From Clostridia bacterium (GTDB lineage: Bacteria > Bacillota > Clostridia > Christensenellales > UBA1242): a stretch of 64,000 nt of DNA. Both the position numbers and the translations under genes were made by a program. The stretch spans positions 10,533-74,532 of the forward strand of contig JAZSJW010000010.1 of the NCBI GenBank assembly GCA_045534555.1. The letters run 5' to 3'. The notes below the pieces were generated by a model that was not told where the DNA came from, did not search any database, and saw only the letters and a program-made list of their open reading frames with translations. Shown here piece after piece: positions 58,771 to 64,000 of this stretch; the first letter of the stretch is position 1; the number at the start of each line of letters is the position of its first letter.

Positions 58771-60564
58771 ATGACAGAATCTGATTTTAGAGTAAAAATT
58801 GCTAAAAACATTAATGATGTTTTAAAATGTATATACAAAAATGTTTCAAATGAAGAATTTAGTCCTTTTATAGATCTTTCAAATATACCATCTACAACAC
58901 TAAAGGATTTTTGGTTATATACAACAGGTTTCTTAGGTTTAAAAAATCAAGAAGAATTTTACGATAAACTCTCTGACCAAGAAGTAAAAAATATTCTTAG
59001 TGGAGTTTTTGTTCTAAAAGAATTACCTTTGGACCAAGCTCAAGAATTTGCAAAAAAAGCAAAGAAAAAAGTTCCTGAAAAAGGTTCTGGGATTAAAATT
59101 GATTTATATACAGTACAAGATGGAACTTATTCCATTTTAAAAGGTTTTAAGGACGAGAATGGTAATTCTTGCAATTTCCTAACATTAACAACAAACCCCC
59201 TTGAATACCACACAGATAAAACTATTGACCAACTAAAGATAACACCCAGAGAAGCTTTAAAAACATTAAGAAATGTATTTGCTCATAGAACACCAACCAT
59301 TGATGGAAATCGTTTAATTTTCGAACGTGGCGATGATGAAATTGTAGTAAGTAAGATGTGGCTTAGAGGATATGCCGAATTATTTTCTAAAAAAAGCAAA
59401 ACTCTTAATTCTTCTGATATTGAAAAATTAATACTTTCTAATCTCGAAAGCACAAACAACACTTTATCAAACAAACAGGAATTAGACCAAGTTCTTTCTT
59501 CCATTAAAAATATTTTTGGAGAAAATGTAAATAATAATTTTTACAAATTAACAAACTTTATACAAACCAGATTAAACATTCAACAAAATTTTTTCAAGAA
59601 TGATTTATCTTTCAAAGTAAAAACAATATCCTCTCTTCTTGCAAATAATTCTGAATATATAATAGATAACGTTGGCTTTATTAATTCCTCTATTATTTAC
59701 AATATACAGCAACTTGTTGGACTTGAACTATATGCAAGAGGTGAATATACAGACCTTGAACTTGAAGATTATGACCTTGAAAAGATGCAATCTTTAATTA
59801 AGCAAGTTGAAGATTTCAACACTAAATGCAATATGACAAATACTATTATCCGTTCGGGAAAACAATTTTCTCAAATGGCAAAAAACAGGTTTCACAAAGA
59901 ACTTAATAGTATGAAATCTAGAATTCACACTTATTTACAAGGATTATCAAGCAAACAAAAACTAGAAACATCTAACATGGAACTCTATAATATTGAAGAC
60001 CTTAACTTCCTATCAACAGAAGTTGCTTTGCATACAGTTCTATTGATGTGTTATAACAGCTTAATTACCAGCTCTTTCTATGATGATTTGATATCAAAAA
60101 CAGACACAAGAAATTTATCACAAGCACAAACTGAGTTTTTTGATAAGTTTGATTTTAATAACTTTGATTTTTTATATAACAATATAAAGAGAGTTGACTT
60201 CGATGCCGGACAAAAAATGTATTTCCTTTTATGCCTAAGAGAAGCTCTTTGTCATGGAACAATAAGCTATAAATTACCAGAATTTAAAAATGGTGAAAAA
60301 CCTAATTTTTCAGACACTGTTATATGTTTTAAAACAACAAAAAGGCAAAATTCTGAAATATACGGAACAGTTCAAGACTTTTATAATTTATTTTCTTCTA
60401 AAGCTTTTGTTTCTGCTAGACAAGAAGAAATTGTGACGAAAAAAAGCAGGGAATTTGAACAAGAAGAAATTCAAAGAACTGAAGCGGAAGAACAAGATTA
60501 TAAAAACATAAATGAGATTATTCAAAATTTAATCGAAATTGAAGAAAGTTTTAAAGACTTATAA
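58771..60564 (+). CDS. stand-alone protein with two RxxxxH (HEPN-type) motifs; predicted RNase of unknown family
   Basis: 597 aa. LRNVFAHR (R167..H172, nt 59269-59286) and LREALCHG (R490..H495, nt 60238-60255). Helical, Asn/Lys-rich, with an acidic C-terminal tail. It has its own promoter and terminator. Confidence 0.5.
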   Translation: MTESDFRVKIAKNINDVLKCIYKNVSNEEFSPFIDLSNIPSTTLKDFWLYTTGFLGLKNQEEFYDKLSDQEVKNILSGVFVLKELPLDQAQEFAKKAKKKVPEKGSGIKIDLYTVQDGTYSILKGFKDENGNSCNFLTLTTNPLEYHTDKTIDQLKITPREALKTLRNVFAHRTPTIDGNRLIFERGDDEIVVSKMWLRGYAELFSKKSKTLNSSDIEKLILSNLESTNNTLSNKQELDQVLSSIKNIFGENVNNNFYKLTNFIQTRLNIQQNFFKNDLSFKVKTISSLLANNSEYIIDNVGFINSSIIYNIQQLVGLELYARGEYTDLELEDYDLEKMQSLIKQVEDFNTKCNMTNTIIRSGKQFSQMAKNRFHKELNSMKSRIHTYLQGLSSKQKLETSNMELYNIEDLNFLSTEVALHTVLLMCYNSLITSSFYDDLISKTDTRNLSQAQTEFFDKFDFNNFDFLYNNIKRVDFDAGQKMYFLLCLREALCHGTISYKLPEFKNGEKPNFSDTVICFKTTKRQNSEIYGTVQDFYNLFSSKAFVSARQEEIVTKKSREFEQEEIQRTEAEEQDYKNINEIIQNLIEIEESFKDL

Positions 60565-60574
60565 TTTTAAAATA

Positions 60575-60608
60575 TAAAAAAGCATGTGAATTAATCACAT
60601 GCTTTTTA
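60575..60608. terminator. bidirectional intrinsic terminator
   Basis: Stem AGCATGTGA (60581-60589) / TCACATGCT (60595-60603), with an A-run before and a T-run after. Confidence 0.7.
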
Positions 60609-61106
60609 TTATCTTTCTAATTCTTCATTTATATAAGTTTCAAATCTAAAAGGAACACCATTTTCTTCCATGGTTTCACTTTCATAAATCTTTTTCCAAT
60701 TTTCCTTTTCTTCAAGATTATAAATATATGTATCAGCTGGAACAATTTTATCTATTTTTGTTATATAAGCTTTTGAACAATTATCCATTAACAAGTTATA
60801 TACACTTGCTCCGCCACATACAAAAACATCTTCTGAATTAAACTTAGAAACTTCTTCCATCAATTCATCAACACTTCTTGCAATAATTACCCCTTCCTCA
60901 TTAAAGTTAGGATTGTTTGAAAGTACTATAGTTGTTCTTTTTGGAAGCGGTCTTTTTGGAAGTGAATAATAAGTTTTCTCCCCCATTATAATAACTTTAT
61001 TTAATGTTTTTTCTTTAAAAAACGCTAAATCTTTAGGCAAATGAAATAATAATGCATTATCTTTACCTATAGCATAGTCTTTTGTAACCACAACAATTAA
61101 ATTCAT
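60609..61106 (-). CDS. folA: dihydrofolate reductase
   Basis: IGKDNALLFHLPKDLAFFKEKT, IMGEKTYYSLP and VCGGASVY. Immediately downstream of thyA. Confidence 0.9.
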   Translation of the reverse strand: MNLIVVVTKDYAIGKDNALLFHLPKDLAFFKEKTLNKVIIMGEKTYYSLPKRPLPKRTTIVLSNNPNFNEEGVIIARSVDELMEEVSKFNSEDVFVCGGASVYNLLMDNCSKAYITKIDKIVPADTYIYNLEEKENWKKIYESETMEENGVPFRFETYINEELER

Positions 61107-61116
61107 TTATTTTCTC

Positions 61117-61947
61117 CTATATTGCAACTTCAATTTTATATTTTTTATCATTATATTTATAATCTACAAATTTAAAACTGTCAACTGTGAAATCATAGAA
61201 ATCTTTAACATTCTTATCAATTTCTAGTTTTGGTGCTTTATATTGTTTATGTTTGATAATTTCTTTCACAATAGGAATATGTCTATCATAAATGTGAGCA
61301 TCTGCTATAACATGGACAAATTCGCCAACTTCATAACCGCAAACTTGAGCTAGCATATGAACAAGTATTGCATATTGGCACACATTCCAGTTGTTTGCCG
61401 TTAGCATGTCTTGAGAACGTTGATTTAAAACAGCATTTAGCTTATTACCCGTAACGTTAAATGTCATTGAATAAGCACAAGGATATAACCCCATCTCACT
61501 TAAATCTGCATGATTATAAATATTTGTCATTATTCTTCTTGATGTAGGATTATTCTTTAGGTCATAAATAACTCTATCGACTTGGTCAAACATTCCTTCT
61601 TTATATTTATGCTTTACACCTAACTGATAACCATAAGCTTTACCAATAGTCCCATTTTCATCTGCCCAGCTATCCCAAATATGACTATTTAATTCACTAA
61701 TTTTATTACTCTTTTTTTGCCAAATCCATAAAAGTTCATCAATACAATTTTTAGTAGCAGTTTTTCTAATTGTAATAATTGGAAACTCTTTGGATAAATC
61801 ATATCTATTAACAATACAAAATTTCTTAATTGTATGTGCAGGAGTGCCATCTTTCCATTTTGGACGAACCTCCTTATCCGTATCATATGTTCCGTATTTT
61901 AAAATATCTTTAATGTTTTTTACAAAAAGTTTATCTGCTCTACTCAT
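61117..61947 (-). CDS. thyA: thymidylate synthase (ThyA)
   Basis: Catalytic Cys in LYPCAYSMTF, plus NQRSQDM and ADAHIY. Confidence 0.9.
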   Translation of the reverse strand: MSRADKLFVKNIKDILKYGTYDTDKEVRPKWKDGTPAHTIKKFCIVNRYDLSKEFPIITIRKTATKNCIDELLWIWQKKSNKISELNSHIWDSWADENGTIGKAYGYQLGVKHKYKEGMFDQVDRVIYDLKNNPTSRRIMTNIYNHADLSEMGLYPCAYSMTFNVTGNKLNAVLNQRSQDMLTANNWNVCQYAILVHMLAQVCGYEVGEFVHVIADAHIYDRHIPIVKEIIKHKQYKAPKLEIDKNVKDFYDFTVDSFKFVDYKYNDKKYKIEVAI

Positions 61948-61952
61948 AATTA

Positions 61953-62801
61953 TTACCCCTTTCTTTTCTTATGTAATAAAAGTGTATTTTCCATTAGGCA
62001 TGCAACCGTTAATGGTCCAACCCCACCAGGAACGGGTGTTATAAACGAACTCTTTTCTTTTACGTCATCAAAATTAACGTCACCTTTTAATCCTGCATCT
62101 GTTCTATTTATTCCAACATCTATTATAACAGCGCCATCTTTAACATATTCTTTTGTTATAAAATAAGGCTTACCTATTGCAACAATTAAAATATCTGCTT
62201 CTTTTGTTTCTTTTACTAAATCTTTAGTTTTACTATGACATATAGTGACTGTTGCATTTCGTTGCTCTAATAAATTTGATACACTTTTCCCAACAAGTAA
62301 GCTTCTACCTATTACAACTGCCTTTTTCCCCTGAATATCTATATTTTCCTTATCTAAAATTTTCATTATTCCAGTTGCTGTACAAGGAGCAATATCTTGT
62401 TTTTTAGAAAACAACTTGCCTAAGTTTTCATAAGTTAAACAATCGACATCTTTACTTGGCAAAATTTTATTAACACATATATCTTCATCTAGATGTTTTG
62501 GAAGAGGCAATTGAAGAAGTATTCCACTAACACCATCATCTTTATTTAATTTCTCGATTTCACTTATAAGCTGCTCTTGAGAAATATCTTCTTTAAGCCT
62601 AACTATTTTTGAACTCATTAAACATTCTTTGCAAGCCTTTTCTTTAGAAGCTACATAAACTTCACTTGCACTATTTCCTTCAACAATAATACAAGCAAGG
62701 CAAGGCACTTGTTTACCTTTTAAAACATAGTTTTCTTCAACTTTTCTTTTTACATCTGCTCTAATTTCTTGAGCAAATTTCTTTCCATCTATAATATTCA
62801 T
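61953..62801 (-). CDS. folD: bifunctional methylenetetrahydrofolate dehydrogenase / methenyl-THF cyclohydrolase
   Basis: VIGRSLLVGKS, ILIVAIGKP and TPVPGGVGPLT. Confidence 0.92.
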   Translation of the reverse strand: MNIIDGKKFAQEIRADVKRKVEENYVLKGKQVPCLACIIVEGNSASEVYVASKEKACKECLMSSKIVRLKEDISQEQLISEIEKLNKDDGVSGILLQLPLPKHLDEDICVNKILPSKDVDCLTYENLGKLFSKKQDIAPCTATGIMKILDKENIDIQGKKAVVIGRSLLVGKSVSNLLEQRNATVTICHSKTKDLVKETKEADILIVAIGKPYFITKEYVKDGAVIIDVGINRTDAGLKGDVNFDDVKEKSSFITPVPGGVGPLTVACLMENTLLLHKKRKG

Positions 62802-62957
62802 ACTACTATTAAAACATAAATTATAAAAAGAGGCAAATTTGTAATATAAAAATTTTCTTTTTATTTAAAAAGAACAAAAATTTTTAATCTTTATTATATG
62901 TTTTTACTTTTACTCTAGTCGTGGTAAAATAAACAAGAATTAAAAGGGGGTAATATT

Positions 62958-64000
62958 ATGACAAAATTAAAAGAAATTGATATTGATGTTTTTAAGGCAA
63001 TCAAAAAAGAAGAAAAAAGACAAAGAGAACATATTGAACTTATAGCTAGCGAAAACTTTACAAGCCCTGCTGTTAGAGAAGCTATGGGAAGTGTTCTTAC
63101 TAACAAATATGCTGAGGGTTATCCAAACAAAAGATACTATTGCGGTTGTGAAAACGTAGATATTATAGAAACTCTTGCAATTGAAAGAGCAAAAGAACTT
63201 TTTGGAGCAGAGCATGCTAACGTTCAACCTCACTCTGGGGCTAACGCAAACTTCGCAGTATATGTAGCTCTATTAAAACCCGGCGATACAATCTTAGGAA
63301 TGAGTTTACCTGCTGGCGGTCACCTAACTCACGGGACAAAAGTTAATGTATCAGGAAAGCATTTTAATGCAATCAGTTATGAACTTAACCCTGGAACAGA
63401 ATTAATTGATTATGATAACATTCAAAAACTAGCAAACGAACATAAACCAAAACTTATTGTTGCCGGTGCTAGTGCATATCCAAGAAAAATTGATTTTAAA
63501 CGTTTTAGAGAAATTGCGGATAGTGTTGGTGCTTATCTAATGGTTGATATGGCACACATTGCTGGTCTTGTGGCGGCGGGACTTCATGATAATCCAGTTA
63601 AGTATGCAGATGTCGTAACAACTACAACACATAAAACACTTCGTGGTCCTCGTGGCGGAATGATTTTATGTAAAGCCGAACTCGCTAAGAAAATTGATAG
63701 TGCAGTGTTCCCTGGAACTCAAGGCGGTCCACTAGAACATGTTATAGCTGGTAAAGCAGTCATGTTAAAAGAGGCATTAAGCAAAGAATTTATTTCTTAC
63801 CAAAAACAAGTTATTAAGAACTGTCAAGTTTTAGCTGAAGAACTTAAAAAATACGGTTTTAGATTAGTAACAGATGGCACAGATAATCACTTAATATTAG
63901 TGGACTTAACCCCATTTAATGCAACAGGTAAGGAAATTTCTGAGCTTCTTCACAAAGCAAATATCACAACAAATAAAAATAGTATTCCAAATGAACCTTT
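62958..64000 (+). CDS. glyA: serine hydroxymethyltransferase, 5' part (runs off the window)
   Basis: Not in the ORF track because there is no in-window stop. ATG 62958 follows AAAGGGGG. Translation gives [30 protein letters not shown] and the PLP-lysine region [14 protein letters not shown]. Confidence 0.92.
   Translation, partial: MTKLKEIDIDVFKAIKKEEKRQREHIELIASENFTSPAVREAMGSVLTNKYAEGYPNKRYYCGCENVDIIETLAIERAKELFGAEHANVQPHSGANANFAVYVALLKPGDTILGMSLPAGGHLTHGTKVNVSGKHFNAISYELNPGTELIDYDNIQKLANEHKPKLIVAGASAYPRKIDFKRFREIADSVGAYLMVDMAHIAGLVAAGLHDNPVKYADVVTTTTHKTLRGPRGGMILCKAELAKKIDSAVFPGTQGGPLEHVIAGKAVMLKEALSKEFISYQKQVIKNCQVLAEELKKYGFRLVTDGTDNHLILVDLTPFNATGKEISELLHKANITTNKNSIPNEP

Overview
This is a visibly AT-rich, standard-genetic-code bacterial chromosome segment with Bacillota (Firmicutes)-type gene content, covering the replication-origin neighbourhood. 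Core genes were recognised from translated motifs. On the minus strand: gyrA-gyrB and recF. On the plus strand: dnaA-dnaN and rpmH-rnpA-yidD-yidC-jag-mnmE-mnmG. These are followed by hup, a 1572-aa M4/GLUG surface protease, radC, a class-I lysyl-tRNA synthetase, tilS, spoIIE, tRNA-Ser, secA, comFC, an aldehyde dehydrogenase and a folA-thyA-folD / glyA one-carbon cluster. The left end carries an [FeFe]-hydrogenase-like gene, lepB, a DegV protein, tRNA-Arg and several lipoprotein or hypothetical genes. I saw no rRNA, CRISPR array, transposase, integrase or prophage genes. Five pieces of accessory content deserve attention. (i) A ~4.1-kb integrase-less islet sits at the 3' end of tRNA-Ser(GCU), bounded by a 42-bp direct repeat. 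It carries an unknown gene, a structured non-coding stretch and an overlapping SIR2-like / HerA-like ATPase pair (SIR2-HerA type anti-phage module). (ii) An orphan small HEPN-motif gene lies just outside that islet. (iii) A stand-alone 597-aa protein with two RxxxxH (HEPN-type) motifs, its own promoter and terminator, is wedged into the folate cluster. (iv) A three-gene insertion lies between gyrB and recF: two tandem paralogues with near-identical 5' ends, plus a transglutaminase-like protein overlapping recF. (v) A DAC/DisA_N-like protein has a degenerate catalytic motif. All functional calls rest on motif recognition by eye, not on database searches.
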